Shown here piece by piece: positions 48,156 through 58,172 of a stretch of DNA of 64,000 nucleotides; the stretch's first letter is position 1, and each line of letters opens with the position of its first letter. The notes under the pieces were generated by a model. The model had not been told where the DNA came from, did no database searches, and saw only the letters and a program-made list of their open reading frames with translations. Source of the DNA: an uncultured Erysipelotrichaceae bacterium (lineage in GTDB: Bacteria > Bacillota_I > Bacilli_A > Erysipelotrichales > Erysipelotrichaceae); contig CAKUWO010000001.1 in NCBI GenBank assembly GCA_934699415.1, forward strand, positions 18,947 through 82,946. The letters run 5' to 3'. The position numbers were made by a program, and so were the translations under genes.

Positions 48156-49077
48156 TATTATTTCCGCCTTTAAATAGATATCGATATAAAGGTCCACTAG
48201 AATATAAGAATCCTAAAACAACTACCATTAATAAGAATGGTGGGAATAAGAAAGATAAAATAACCGAAATAAATGAGAAGTTGCGATGATATTTCATCAT
48301 GCCAAATAAGAAGATAAAGATAATACCAAAGAAATAGAAAATGATCATCGATATAAAAGATAATACTAAAATAATTGGAATCAAGATTGAATCTTCATTT
48401 AAATATCTAATCGCAAAAGTTAAAAATACAGGCACAATTAAAGCATAAGTAAGCCAAATAGGCATAATTAGCTTGTCAGCAGGTACTTTATTAAGTTCTA
48501 AGATGTGGAAACGTGATAATAAAATCTTTGATACAAAGTGTACTAAAATACCTTCTAAAACACCCAATAATATTAAAGATACAATTACTGTTACTAAGAT
48601 AAAAGTATGCTTAAAGCTATCAGTCATATTTAATAATGATAATGAAGGCATTGCATTCATAAGCTCTTCACTCTCGCTTATCAATGTATCAAAAGGAATA
48701 CCCATAATTGGCATTACAACTACTGTTGTCATAACTTCACCTAAGATAAAGACAATGCTAATTAAAAGTAATAATAATCGACGATCTAAGCCTTTCTTAA
48801 TACCATAAGCATAGGATAAACCTCCAAGAATAGCTACAAAGACATAAACATAGGATGATAAACCACCAAAGAGGAAAGTTAATACTAAAATGCCTATAGA
48901 TATTACAAAACCATCCTTAATGGTATATTTACAAGCATATAAAATAATACATAAAGCTTGCATCAAGAAAACCATTTCATCAAAGTAAAATGCTAAGAAA
49001 TAGCGATCAATAAGTAATATAGCGCCTACAATAGCTAGTAGCATTGCGCCATGAGTGATTTTTTTAGTCTGATTCAT
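48142..49077 (-). CDS. YybS-family (DUF2232-like) polytopic membrane protein
   Basis: 311-aa multi-TM protein in the conserved rpsR-yybS-gdpP position. Confidence 0.7.
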   Translation of the reverse strand: MNQTKKITHGAMLLAIVGAILLIDRYFLAFYFDEMVFLMQALCIILYACKYTIKDGFVISIGILVLTFLFGGLSSYVYVFVAILGGLSYAYGIKKGLDRRLLLLLISIVFILGEVMTTVVVMPIMGIPFDTLISESEELMNAMPSLSLLNMTDSFKHTFILVTVIVSLILLGVLEGILVHFVSKILLSRFHILELNKVPADKLIMPIWLTYALIVPVFLTFAIRYLNEDSILIPIILVLSFISMIIFYFFGIIFIFLFGMMKYHRNFSFISVILSFLFPPFLLMVVVLGFLYSSGPLYRYLFKGGNNNGAQ

Positions 49078-49100
49078 ACTTATTATTATACATTTAAGAA

Positions 49101-49134
49101 AAATAAATAAAAAGGGATGGTATTTACCATCCCT
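49101..49134 (-). terminator. rho-independent terminator after rpsR
   Basis: Stem GGGATGGTA/TACCATCCC, followed by TTTTTATTTATTT on the minus strand. Confidence 0.75.
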
Positions 49135-49188
49135 ATAGGCTCCTAGTCCCCAAAAGACAATTAAGTCTTATTTCTAAAAACCTATTAA

Positions 49189-49419
49189 TTAGTCAGCGAT
49201 GTATGGGAGCAATGCCATTTGACGAGCACGTTTGATAGCAGTTGCAAGCATTCTTTGATATTTAGCGCTAGTGCCAGTTACACGACGTGGTGTAATCTTT
49301 CCATTTGGAGAGATGAAGCGTTTTAATAATTCAATATCTTTGTAGTCGATATATTCGATTTTGTTTTTAGTGAAGTAGCAAACCTTACGGAAACCTACTC
49401 TTCTTTTACGAAATGCCAT
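49189..49419 (-). CDS. rpsR: 30S ribosomal protein S18
   Basis: MAFRKRR...KVCYFT. I chose the start at ATG 49419 because the SD spacing is better than for the track start. Confidence 0.95.
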   Translation of the reverse strand: MAFRKRRVGFRKVCYFTKNKIEYIDYKDIELLKRFISPNGKITPRRVTGTSAKYQRMLATAIKRARQMALLPYIAD

Positions 49420-49437
49420 AATCATTTGTCCTTTCTA

Positions 49438-49911
49438 TCAATAGAAGGGCAGATCATCACTTGAAATATCAAGAGATGGTGCCGATGAGAAGTCATCCAT
49501 AGTATTAGAACTATAATCAGGTTCTACACTTGGAGTAAATGTTGATGATGCACTGTTATAAGAAGTAGATGTAGATGTAGATGTTGAAGATTTAGATGAT
49601 AACAATTGAACATTATCTGCTACAACTTCAGTTACATATACTGTCTTACCATCTTTATCTTTGTAATTGCGTGTTTGAATTCTTCCTTCAACACCAACTA
49701 AAGTTCCTTTCTTAGCATATTGTGCTAAGAAATCAGCTGTTTGGCGCCATGCAACACAAGAAATAAAGTCAGCGCTCTGTTGCCCTTCTTGACCTTTGCT
49801 GAAGCGACGGTCACAGGCAACAGTAAAGGTAGCAACAGAGAGATTAGATCCAGTCTTACGAACCTCGACATCTCTTGTCAAACGTCCGACAAGAACAACT
49901 CTGTTGATCAT
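49438..49911 (-). CDS. ssb: single-stranded DNA-binding protein
   Basis: OB-fold N-terminus MINRVVLVGRLTRD, Ser/Thr-rich linker, acidic tail DDLPFY. Confidence 0.95.
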   Translation of the reverse strand: MINRVVLVGRLTRDVEVRKTGSNLSVATFTVACDRRFSKGQEGQQSADFISCVAWRQTADFLAQYAKKGTLVGVEGRIQTRNYKDKDGKTVYVTEVVADNVQLLSSKSSTSTSTSTSYNSASSTFTPSVEPDYSSNTMDDFSSAPSLDISSDDLPFY

Positions 49912-49913
49912 AA

Positions 49914-50213
49914 TTACTTACCTTTCTTTTCGTTTAAATTGATTGTCATTGAACGAACAATACCGCTATTGATACCCATTAAACGGTTGAATTCATTCAA
50001 GCCATCGTTTTCAGAAGAGAAAGTAACTACAACATAGTAACCTTTTGTCATGCCATCGATTTCATAAGCGAAATCACGCATACCCCATTCATCAACGTTG
50101 TCGATCGTACCGTTATGAGCGGTGATAATTCCGTGCAATTCTTCAATTAATGAAGCACGTGCAGCGTCATCAAGATCGGACTTGATAATGTACATTGTTT
50201 CGTACTGATTCAT
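49914..50213 (-). CDS. rpsF: 30S ribosomal protein S6
   Basis: MNQYETMYIIKSDLDD N-terminus. 99 aa. Confidence 0.95.
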   Translation of the reverse strand: MNQYETMYIIKSDLDDAARASLIEELHGIITAHNGTIDNVDEWGMRDFAYEIDGMTKGYYVVVTFSSENDGLNEFNRLMGINSGIVRSMTINLNEKKGK

Positions 50214-50284
50214 GTTTTACCTCCTTTTGGCCTAATGGTCTTTCCCATAAGAAAGACAAGGAATAGTTTTCTATTCGCCTTGAT
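50214..50284 (-). promoter_or_regulatory. structured 5' leader of rpsF-ssb-rpsR (two tandem hairpins)
   Basis: Minus-strand hairpins GAATAG-AAAA-CTATTC (extendable by AAGG/CCTT; 50257-50282) and GTCTTTC-TTATGG-GAAAGAC (50238-50257), immediately 5' of the SD GGAGG. Confidence 0.4.
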
Positions 50285-50313
50285 ATTGTATCAAAAGCAA
50301 TTTCCTTTTACAA
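50285..50313 (-). promoter_or_regulatory. rpsF operon promoter
   Basis: Minus strand reads TTGTAA (50313-50308), 17-nt spacer, TACAAT (50290-50285). Confidence 0.55.
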
Positions 50314-50371
50314 CGCTATTTTTATCTTTATAACACAAAAGTGATTATAATTATCTAAAAGGAGAATAATT

Positions 50372-51652
50372 ATGAAAACAGCTTTTATTAATGCTTCCTT
50401 GCTACATGGTGATAAAGAGTTTGAGGTCACTAAAAATCAAATAATAATTATTGAAGATGAAACTATTATTAAGATAGGTGAAGACCTTGATGTAAGTGAT
50501 TGTAAGATTATTGATTTAAAAGGTAAATATTTAATGCCTGGTCTTATCAATATGCATGTTCATCTTGCTGGATCTGGTAAACCATCTAAAAAGAAAAAAG
50601 ATAATGCAAAATTAGTAAAAACAGTTATGTCTAATCCTTTAACACGAATGGTTGTTAAAAACATGTGTGCCAATTTTGCTAAAGAAGAATTATTAAGTGG
50701 TGTTACAACAATTAGAACTGTTGGTGGTATTAAGAATTTTGATTCTTTGATTCGTGATGAAATAAATGCTGGAAAAAGAATTGGCCCACGTATTTATACC
50801 AGTGATGAAGCAATATCGGTAAAGGGTGGCCATATGGCTGGTTCGGTAGCAATTGAGGTTGACACAGCATCAGAAGCTATTGCTTATGTTGCTAAAGCTA
50901 AAGAAAGAAATAGTGACCTCATTAAATTGATGATTACTGGCGGTGTTTTAGATGCTGAAGTTAAAGGTGAACCTGGAGCCATGAAAATGGATCCTAAGAT
51001 TGTTAAGGCAGCCTGTGATAAAGCTCATGAATTAAATCTTAAAGTTGCTGCCCATACTGAATCTAGCGAAGGAGTAAAAGTAGCTTTAAGAAATGGTGTT
51101 GATTCAATCGAACATGGTGCTAAACCAGATGAAGAGATGATTGCTTTATTTAAAGAAACTGGTAGTTACTTAGTCACCACTTTATCTCCTGCTGTTCCTT
51201 TTAATTTCTTCTCTAAAGAAGTAAATAACGCTAGTGAAGTTGACTTGTATAATGGCCGTTTAGTATTTGAAGGCATTAGAGATTGTGCTATTGCTGCCCT
51301 TGAAAATGGTATTCCTGTAGGTTTAGGCAATGATACTGCATGTCCATTTGTTACACACTATAATTTCTGGCGTGAATTATATTTCTTTGCGAAATATTGT
51401 GATGTATCAAATGGTTTTGCACTAGCTACAGCTACAAAAAGAAATGCTGAATTATTAGGCATCGATAAACAAGTTGGTACGATTGAAGAAGGAAAAATTG
51501 CCGATATTTTGATTGTTGAAGATAATCCTCTTGAAGATTTAAGAGCTTTAAATAAAGTAAATTATGTTGTAAGTAGAGGACATATTATTCATAATCCAGA
51601 AGTTAAACATATTAAAGAAGTAGATAAACAATTAGATACTTTATTTAATTAA
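50372..51652 (+). CDS. amidohydrolase-superfamily metal-dependent hydrolase
   Basis: 426 aa. HxH motif NMHVHL, later AAHTES and EHG metal-ligand contexts. SD AAGGAG. Confidence 0.8.
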   Translation: MKTAFINASLLHGDKEFEVTKNQIIIIEDETIIKIGEDLDVSDCKIIDLKGKYLMPGLINMHVHLAGSGKPSKKKKDNAKLVKTVMSNPLTRMVVKNMCANFAKEELLSGVTTIRTVGGIKNFDSLIRDEINAGKRIGPRIYTSDEAISVKGGHMAGSVAIEVDTASEAIAYVAKAKERNSDLIKLMITGGVLDAEVKGEPGAMKMDPKIVKAACDKAHELNLKVAAHTESSEGVKVALRNGVDSIEHGAKPDEEMIALFKETGSYLVTTLSPAVPFNFFSKEVNNASEVDLYNGRLVFEGIRDCAIAALENGIPVGLGNDTACPFVTHYNFWRELYFFAKYCDVSNGFALATATKRNAELLGIDKQVGTIEEGKIADILIVEDNPLEDLRALNKVNYVVSRGHIIHNPEVKHIKEVDKQLDTLFN

Positions 51653-51654
51653 GA

Positions 51655-51693
51655 AAAGAGCGAGTAATCGTTAAAGATTATCTCGCTCTTTTA
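51655..51693. terminator. long bidirectional hairpin between convergent genes
   Basis: AAAGAGCGAG-TAATC-GTTAAA-GATTA-T-CTCGCTCTTT. It overlaps the last codons of the 106-aa minus-strand ORF. Confidence 0.6.
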
Positions 51694-51991
51694 AATAATT
51701 ATTTGTAATATCAAAGAAGTCTTTGATATCTAATTGACACCAATCGATATCATCTTCTCCACTCTCATCGTAAATAAGAATGAAGTTCTCAAATGTCGAA
51801 ATAGCTAAATTAAGGATTTTAATAATCTTTTCTTCATTATTTGAAAGACGATTAATAACATCTTCTTTATTAATCATTTCATTTTCTAAGAAATCTTGAA
51901 ATAAATGATAATCAGAATCTTTAAAATCAATTAATAAGTGATTAGTATTATCCTTTTTAGAATAATATTTGCGGAAAGAGTAAGAAATCAT
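51671..51991 (-). CDS. small acidic hypothetical protein
   Basis: 106-aa ORF with an ATGA overlap with divIC. No motif recognised. Confidence 0.5.
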   Translation of the reverse strand: MISYSFRKYYSKKDNTNHLLIDFKDSDYHLFQDFLENEMINKEDVINRLSNNEEKIIKILNLAISTFENFILIYDESGEDDIDWCQLDIKDFFDITNNYLKERDNL

Positions 51992-52311
51992 TTCTTCTCT
52001 CCATCATCTGTTTCTTTAGATTCTGGTAAATAGAAAATCTGTTCACCATCTTTAGAAAACATATATTCACCTCTAGCATATGTTTCAACATATCCAGGAT
52101 CTTCAAGTTTAGCGCGTTCATTTGTTAAAGAAGCATTTTCTTCTTTTAAAGAAGCTAATTCAGCTTCGGCTATTTCTTTTTGTTTTTGTAAATTTAAGGT
52201 TTGGAAGATTTGTTTAGCTACTCCTGTAAATAAATAAAGTGCTACAACAATTAAAACAATTGCCACTGCTTTAGATAATAACTTAGTTTTCATTTTCTTT
52301 TTGATTGTCAT
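51988..52311 (-). CDS. divIC: septum formation initiator (FtsB/DivIC family)
   Basis: Single TM followed by a coiled coil (EAELASLKEENASLTNERAKLEDPGYVE). I moved the start to ATG 52311 (AAGGAG 8 nt upstream). Confidence 0.8.
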   Translation of the reverse strand: MTIKKKMKTKLLSKAVAIVLIVVALYLFTGVAKQIFQTLNLQKQKEIAEAELASLKEENASLTNERAKLEDPGYVETYARGEYMFSKDGEQIFYLPESKETDDGEKK

Positions 52312-52570
52312 CTTCTTCTCCTTTCTTTTCATCTACTACTTCAAATAAGCTGCAAGCTTCTTCTTTTCTAATATGTTCAGCAAGTGCTAATACTCTAACA
52401 CTCATTTCTCTTTCACCAAAATAAATAGTAATAATATCACCTACTTTTACTTGGCTACTTGGTTTAGCTTGACGGCCATTAATTGCTAATCGCTCATTCA
52501 ATGCTAAATTCTTACCTGTAGTGCGTCTTTTTAAGATTCTAGCCACTTTTAAATATTTATCAATGCGCAT
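52283..52570 (-). CDS. rqcP: S4-domain RNA-binding protein YabO/RqcP (Hsp15-like)
   Basis: MRIDKYLKVARILKRRT S4 N-terminus. 95 aa. mfd-yabO-divIC synteny as in Bacillus. Confidence 0.8.
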   Translation of the reverse strand: MRIDKYLKVARILKRRTTGKNLALNERLAINGRQAKPSSQVKVGDIITIYFGEREMSVRVLALAEHIRKEEACSLFEVVDEKKGEEDDNQKENEN

Positions 52571-55500
52571 TTTCTTTTTCCAAATCTTTCAATTTCTCAC
52601 TTAAAGAAATTAATTTATAGACATTCTCTTTACGATTATCAGTAATAAGTGTTAATTTCTGTTGAGCGTAACTTATTTTAATGTCTTTTGATAGCTTATT
52701 GCAATAGCTGAACAATTTATAGCCATCAATCCTATTGGAACATTCTTCTGATAAAACAATCATAAAACGATTCTGCATGGCTTTAACATCGTCAATTTCA
52801 TTCTTCTCAATAAGTAGTTCAATGCGTTTCTTGTCAAATAACGCTACTACCTCTTTTGGTAAATGACCATAATGATCATTTAATTCTTTTTCGTATTTTA
52901 ATAATTCTTTACGATTATGAATATTATTTAAACGATGATATACCGTTAATTTATCATAGTCATTATATGAGAAGTCTTCTGGAATATAAGAAGAAATAGG
53001 GACATTGATAATTTGTTTCTCTTCTTTTTTTATTTCTCCATTCTTTTCATCTTCAATTGCTTTCTGAAGCATTGATAGATATAAATCTAATCCTACATTA
53101 TCAATAAAACCTGATTGTTTATCACCTAATAAATCACCAGCTCCGCGAATTGATAAGTCACGCATAGCAATCTTATATCCGGATCCTAAAGCTGTGAATT
53201 CTTTAATCGCATCAAGCCTTTTGCGACTTTTCTCTGATAATTCTTTTTTAGGTGGTACAAGCAAGTAAGCATAGGCAATGCGATCACTTCTGCCTACTCT
53301 TCCTTTAATTTGATAAAGCTGTGATAAGCCAAAATTATGTGCATTTTCAACTAATATCGTATTGGCATTAGGAATATCGATACCTGTTTCAATAATTGTG
53401 GTACAGATTAAGACATTAGTATCTCCTTGATAGAATTTAAACATAACATCTTCAATCTCTTCTTTATCCATCTTGCCATGAGCAACTGCAACATTAGCAT
53501 AAGGGACCATTTCTTCAATCTTTTTAGCAACACTATAAATCTTATCAACATCATTAAAAAGATAGAAAACCTGTCCTCCACGATCTAATTCGCGATTAAT
53601 TACTTCTTTAATTAAACCTTGATTCTTTTCAACGACATATGTTTGAACAGGATATCTATTTTGTGGTGGGACATCTAAAGTGCTTAAACCATAGATTCCA
53701 ATTAAAGACATCTGTAAAGTTCTTGGAATTGGTGTTGCTGATAAAGACAATACATCAACACTTGTTTTAAGTTCTTTAATCTTTTCTTTATGTTCAACAC
53801 CAAATCTTTGTTCCTCGTCAATAATCAATAATCCCAAATCATTAAAGGAAATATCTTTTGATAATAAACGATGAGTACCAATAATAATATCAATACTGCC
53901 ATCCTTTAAACCTTTTATAATCTCTCTTTGTTCAGCTAATGTATTATAACGATTAATAACTGCAACATTTACCGGATATTCTAATAAACGATTTAAGAAA
54001 GTCTTATAGTGTTGTAGGGAGAGAATGGTTGTTGGACATAAATAAGCTACTTGTTTACCTGATAATACTGCTTTAAAAGCCGCTCTAAGTGCTACTTCAG
54101 TCTTACCAAAGCCAACATCACCGCATAATAAACGATCCATTGGTACATCTGATTCCATATCTATTTTAACTTCTATAATCGCTCTTTCTTGGTCTTTAGT
54201 TAAATCATAAAGGAAATGATCTTCAAACTCCTTCTGCATAGGGCTGTCTTTATCAAATGCATAACCGGTTCTTTTTTCTCTTAAAGAATATAATTCAACT
54301 AAACGTTTAGCCAATTCTCCAACATCTTTTTCAACCTTTTCACGCGTTTTAGCCCATTGTTTAGATCCTAATTTATGTAAACGTGGCGTAAAACCTTCTT
54401 TAGATACATATTTCCTAACTAAAGAGAATTGTGATAAAGGCACTAATAATACATCATTTCCTGCATAAACAATTTTTAAATAATCTAAACGAATATGATT
54501 TACTTCTTTTTGTTCAATACCTAAATATTGCCCTATACCATATTGTGAATGGACAACATAGTCACCTTTTTTAAGTTCATCATAAGAATTAAGTGGTGAT
54601 GCTTCCTGATATTTCATCATGAAACGACCACTTGCTTTTCTTTTAGCGAATAATTCGTTTTGAGTATAAATGGTAATATCACCGCGAATTGAGAAACCTT
54701 CTCTTAGATTATTATCCCAAATATAAAGACCATCACCAGTTATATTATTAAATAATTGATAATCAATCTCTTCTTCTTTTAATACTGTTTCACATTCCTC
54801 TTTTTCTTTACCACTTAAAGCGATGATTGTCATACCACTAGCTTTACGTTTAATGATATGCACTAATTCTTTTAAGCTATTATATGGCAAATCAACTTCT
54901 TCAATTGCTGGAACAAGTTCTTTAAAAGGAGCACCATAAACCTTATCTAAATCTTTAATGGCGCTATTATAATCACCAAATAATTTATCAAGACGAGGTA
55001 ATTCATCTTCGCTCATCATCTCTTCAATAAAAGATGAGCTCTCTTCTTCAAGAAAAGCTATATGTTTTTCTATTTCTTCTTCATCGCTAATATAAATAGC
55101 TGGATTATCTAAATAAGCAACTAAATTGCTTTGTTTAAAGAAAGACATATAGAAATATAATTTAGGAGTAAATAGGTTATTATCAATATAATCTAGATCC
55201 ATCTCGATACTACCTGATGGATTAATAATTATCTCCCTTAATTTTTCTTTTTCTTTATCATTAAAAAAGATGTCTTTCGCAAAACATAGTTCAATTTCTT
55301 TTACTTTTTCAACTGTACTTTGACTATCGGTATCAAAGAAACGAATCGAATCTACCTCATCATCAAAGAATTCAATTCTTATTGGTCTACTATAGTTAAT
55401 CGAAAAGACATCAAGAACTGATCCTCTAATCGCAAAGCTTAAAGGATGTTCAACATTTAATACTTTTTCATAACCTGAAGCTAATAGATATTTAATTAAA

Positions 55501-55925
55501 TCTTCACGCTCAACAATATCATTAACTTTAATATCTCTAATAAAAGAAGACATGATATCAGGACTCGGTAGATAACGCATTAAACCATATGGTGTAACAA
55601 CAATAATCTTAACTTTCTTCTTTAAGATGGCATATAAACCATATAAACGCTCAGCTCTATTTTCATATGATGCAGCAATTACTTCAGCTCTTAATGATTC
55701 TTCAGGAAGATAAGCAATGACTTCACCATCATCAAATAAACAAGCTAATCTTTCGCTTAATCTTGAAGCTAAATAGCTATTCTCTTTAACGACTAAAAGA
55801 GGTTTATCTAAACCTCTTGCGTAAGATGCAATTTTTAAACTTTCTTCAATCAGAGATGCATAAGCGAAACGGTTTTCTTGATGTATCCCTTTTTCAAGTT
55901 CTTTAAAAAGCCATTCACTTCTCAT
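52560..55925 (-). CDS. mfd: transcription-repair coupling factor
   Basis: 1121 aa. Helicase motifs GDVGFGKTE and DEEQRFG. pth-mfd synteny. Confidence 0.96.
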   Translation of the reverse strand: MRSEWLFKELEKGIHQENRFAYASLIEESLKIASYARGLDKPLLVVKENSYLASRLSERLACLFDDGEVIAYLPEESLRAEVIAASYENRAERLYGLYAILKKKVKIIVVTPYGLMRYLPSPDIMSSFIRDIKVNDIVEREDLIKYLLASGYEKVLNVEHPLSFAIRGSVLDVFSINYSRPIRIEFFDDEVDSIRFFDTDSQSTVEKVKEIELCFAKDIFFNDKEKEKLREIIINPSGSIEMDLDYIDNNLFTPKLYFYMSFFKQSNLVAYLDNPAIYISDEEEIEKHIAFLEEESSSFIEEMMSEDELPRLDKLFGDYNSAIKDLDKVYGAPFKELVPAIEEVDLPYNSLKELVHIIKRKASGMTIIALSGKEKEECETVLKEEEIDYQLFNNITGDGLYIWDNNLREGFSIRGDITIYTQNELFAKRKASGRFMMKYQEASPLNSYDELKKGDYVVHSQYGIGQYLGIEQKEVNHIRLDYLKIVYAGNDVLLVPLSQFSLVRKYVSKEGFTPRLHKLGSKQWAKTREKVEKDVGELAKRLVELYSLREKRTGYAFDKDSPMQKEFEDHFLYDLTKDQERAIIEVKIDMESDVPMDRLLCGDVGFGKTEVALRAAFKAVLSGKQVAYLCPTTILSLQHYKTFLNRLLEYPVNVAVINRYNTLAEQREIIKGLKDGSIDIIIGTHRLLSKDISFNDLGLLIIDEEQRFGVEHKEKIKELKTSVDVLSLSATPIPRTLQMSLIGIYGLSTLDVPPQNRYPVQTYVVEKNQGLIKEVINRELDRGGQVFYLFNDVDKIYSVAKKIEEMVPYANVAVAHGKMDKEEIEDVMFKFYQGDTNVLICTTIIETGIDIPNANTILVENAHNFGLSQLYQIKGRVGRSDRIAYAYLLVPPKKELSEKSRKRLDAIKEFTALGSGYKIAMRDLSIRGAGDLLGDKQSGFIDNVGLDLYLSMLQKAIEDEKNGEIKKEEKQIINVPISSYIPEDFSYNDYDKLTVYHRLNNIHNRKELLKYEKELNDHYGHLPKEVVALFDKKRIELLIEKNEIDDVKAMQNRFMIVLSEECSNRIDGYKLFSYCNKLSKDIKISYAQQKLTLITDNRKENVYKLISLSEKLKDLEKENAH

Positions 55926-56479
55926 ATGTTAAATTTATTCATTGTTGCAACAAAAGAATGGGTTGCTGCATAATCAAGAGCATCACTAGCACGATGGACG
56001 CTATCCATAAACAGTTCTTTATCTTCATCAGGTATCTTACCTAAAACATAATCAACAACTGGTATTATAGCGCTTTTACCAATACCAACTCTGATTCTTT
56101 TAATATCACTACCACCACATAATTCAATGATTGAGCCCATACCTTTTTGACCACCACTAGAGCCTTTTTCACGAATTCTAAGTTTACCAACTGGTAAATC
56201 TAAATCATCATGAACAACAATAATGTCCTCTCTATTTAACTTATAGAATTGCATAAAACGTTGAACTGCTTGTCCACTATTATTCATATAAGTTAAAGGT
56301 TTAAGTAAGATAATTGTTTCATCATTGATTTTAGTTTTCACAAATGTAGCATTGAATTTCTCTTGGTCAAAAGATAAATGCCATTTACTAGCTAAATCAT
56401 CTAAGACGGTAAAACCCGCATTATGGCGAGTCATTTCATATTCCTTGCCTGGATTTCCTAAACCGACAAAGAGCTTCAT
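55922..56479 (-). CDS. pth: peptidyl-tRNA hydrolase
   Basis: MKLFVGLGNPG...TRHNAGF. 185 aa. Confidence 0.95.
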   Translation of the reverse strand: MKLFVGLGNPGKEYEMTRHNAGFTVLDDLASKWHLSFDQEKFNATFVKTKINDETIILLKPLTYMNNSGQAVQRFMQFYKLNREDIIVVHDDLDLPVGKLRIREKGSSGGQKGMGSIIELCGGSDIKRIRVGIGKSAIIPVVDYVLGKIPDEDKELFMDSVHRASDALDYAATHSFVATMNKFNI

Positions 56480-57330
56480 TCAGCACTCTCTTCTTTATCT
56501 TCGTTAGTATTTGTTTCTTCTGTAGCAGTTTCTTCTTTAGCAGTCTCTTCTTTAGTAGTTTCTTCTACTACTTCATTATCTTCTGTTGTTTCATCTGTTT
56601 CTGTTTCTTCTAAATGATAATTATCATAAACACCTAAATCTTCCATCATGATTTTACCAACTGAAGATTCAGCAAACATTGTTAAGTCTTCTTTTTCAAA
56701 TTCCCCGATTTCTTCACCTTTTAAAGAGAGATAGAAAGCAGCGATTCTCTTATAGATACCAATAAGACGTTTATCATAATTATAGCCTTCATAGGTACCA
56801 TCAACTAACATCTTAAAGAAAGGTACACCACATTCATTAATAGAAAGTTCAAAGTCAGCCATTGCTTCAAGAAGCAAATATTCCATCTGTGTTCTTAACA
56901 TTTCTTTAGGCTCAAATTTAGCTAAGAATGCTTTAATGAATTCATCTTCTTTTAAAGCATAAGCTTTATTTAAAAGAACAGCAGCCCATACAAAACCATC
57001 AGCATTTAAAGATGCTTTCTTAGGGGCATAGTTACCTTTATTATCAAGATATAAAGTTTTAGGATCAAAAGCAGCTAAATCATCTTCATAAAGACGACCA
57101 GCTTCAAGATCACGATATAACTTATAAATCATTGCTTTATTAACAAATGATGGTTCTTTTTCTTTTTCAAGATAATCATTAATCATCTTATCTGCATTTT
57201 CATCATGATCAAAGACTGCATGTGCACAATCTGCAAAGCCTTTATAGTGTTTATTAAATTTAATTAATTTATAGTTTTGATAAGCAAAATAGAGAGCTAA
57301 CACAACTAAGAATAAAAACATAGGATTCAT
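56476..57330 (-). CDS. membrane-anchored hypothetical protein with acidic repeat tail
   Basis: I moved the start to ATG 57330 (GGAGG 7 nt upstream). N-terminal TM MNPMFLFLVVLALYFAY. C-terminal EETTKEETAKEETATEE repeats. Confidence 0.55.
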   Translation of the reverse strand: MNPMFLFLVVLALYFAYQNYKLIKFNKHYKGFADCAHAVFDHDENADKMINDYLEKEKEPSFVNKAMIYKLYRDLEAGRLYEDDLAAFDPKTLYLDNKGNYAPKKASLNADGFVWAAVLLNKAYALKEDEFIKAFLAKFEPKEMLRTQMEYLLLEAMADFELSINECGVPFFKMLVDGTYEGYNYDKRLIGIYKRIAAFYLSLKGEEIGEFEKEDLTMFAESSVGKIMMEDLGVYDNYHLEETETDETTEDNEVVEETTKEETAKEETATEETNTNEDKEESAE

Positions 57331-57386
57331 AATAAAACCTCCAACAGTCACTATTATAAACAAATACTTAAGAGATAAAAGAATAA

Positions 57387-58172
57387 TTAATTCTTTTTAA
57401 GTGACTGAACTCTTTTAATAATTTTTGTATCAAATGGTGATGGTATTAAATGCATTACAAAAACAGCTAAATTATTATCTAAACCATATAAACCAAAAGC
57501 TCTTTGTTTCTTAACTAAATTAAGACCATAAGCAGCTGTCTTGCATACTTTATCTTCATTATTTTTGCCAAAGATTAAAGTATCACTAGCGCCTGCCACC
57601 TTCGCAAAAGAAGTCTTTAAAGGGCCAGGGCAAAGGCAAGATACAACAATCCCATCGTCCTTTACTTCTTCTTTTAAAGCTCTTGAAAACGATAAGACAA
57701 AAGCTTTAGTAGCATAATATAGACTCATATAAGGTCCTGGGAAGAAAGAAGCAATGCTTCCAACATTTAAAATAGCACCATGTTTATTCTTCTTCATATC
57801 TTTAAGAAAAAGAAATGTTAAAGAAACTAGAACTGTATTATTAAGATTAATCATCTTAAGATCTGTTTCTAAGTCTTCTTCACCAAAAGGACCATATTGT
57901 CCAAATCCAGCATTATTAATCAAATAATCAATTTCTATTTCTCTACTTTTAACCTCATCATAAAGTTTTATTGCTGCTTTATCCTCATTTAAATCAAGGG
58001 CATAATAGTCAACATTAATACCATATTTATTTTCTAATTCTTTTTTAAGTGCTCTTAATTTATCTTCTCTTCGACCAGTTAAGAAAAGATTATATTTTTC
58101 TAAAGCTAATAAATTGGCAAATTGTTCGCCAATACCTGATGTAGCTCCAGTAATAAGAGCATAATTATTCAA
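57387..58172 (-). CDS. short-chain dehydrogenase/reductase (SDR) family oxidoreductase
   Basis: TGATSGIG cofactor motif and YYATK catalytic motif. Confidence 0.85.
   Translation of the reverse strand: MNNYALITGATSGIGEQFANLLALEKYNLFLTGRREDKLRALKKELENKYGINVDYYALDLNEDKAAIKLYDEVKSREIEIDYLINNAGFGQYGPFGEEDLETDLKMINLNNTVLVSLTFLFLKDMKKNKHGAILNVGSIASFFPGPYMSLYYATKAFVLSFSRALKEEVKDDGIVVSCLCPGPLKTSFAKVAGASDTLIFGKNNEDKVCKTAAYGLNLVKKQRAFGLYGLDNNLAVFVMHLIPSPFDTKIIKRVQSLKKN

Noticed and set aside
49560-49590. Short tandem DNA repeats: GTAGAT x3 in ssb, about 56510-56570 in the acidic-tail gene, and about 37190-37300 in the Pro/Thr linker. I considered these as possible CRISPR, VNTR or contingency loci.
   Set aside because: All are in-frame coding low-complexity linkers (STSTSTS, EETxK, TPTP). 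Their units are multiples of 3. There is no spacer-repeat architecture.
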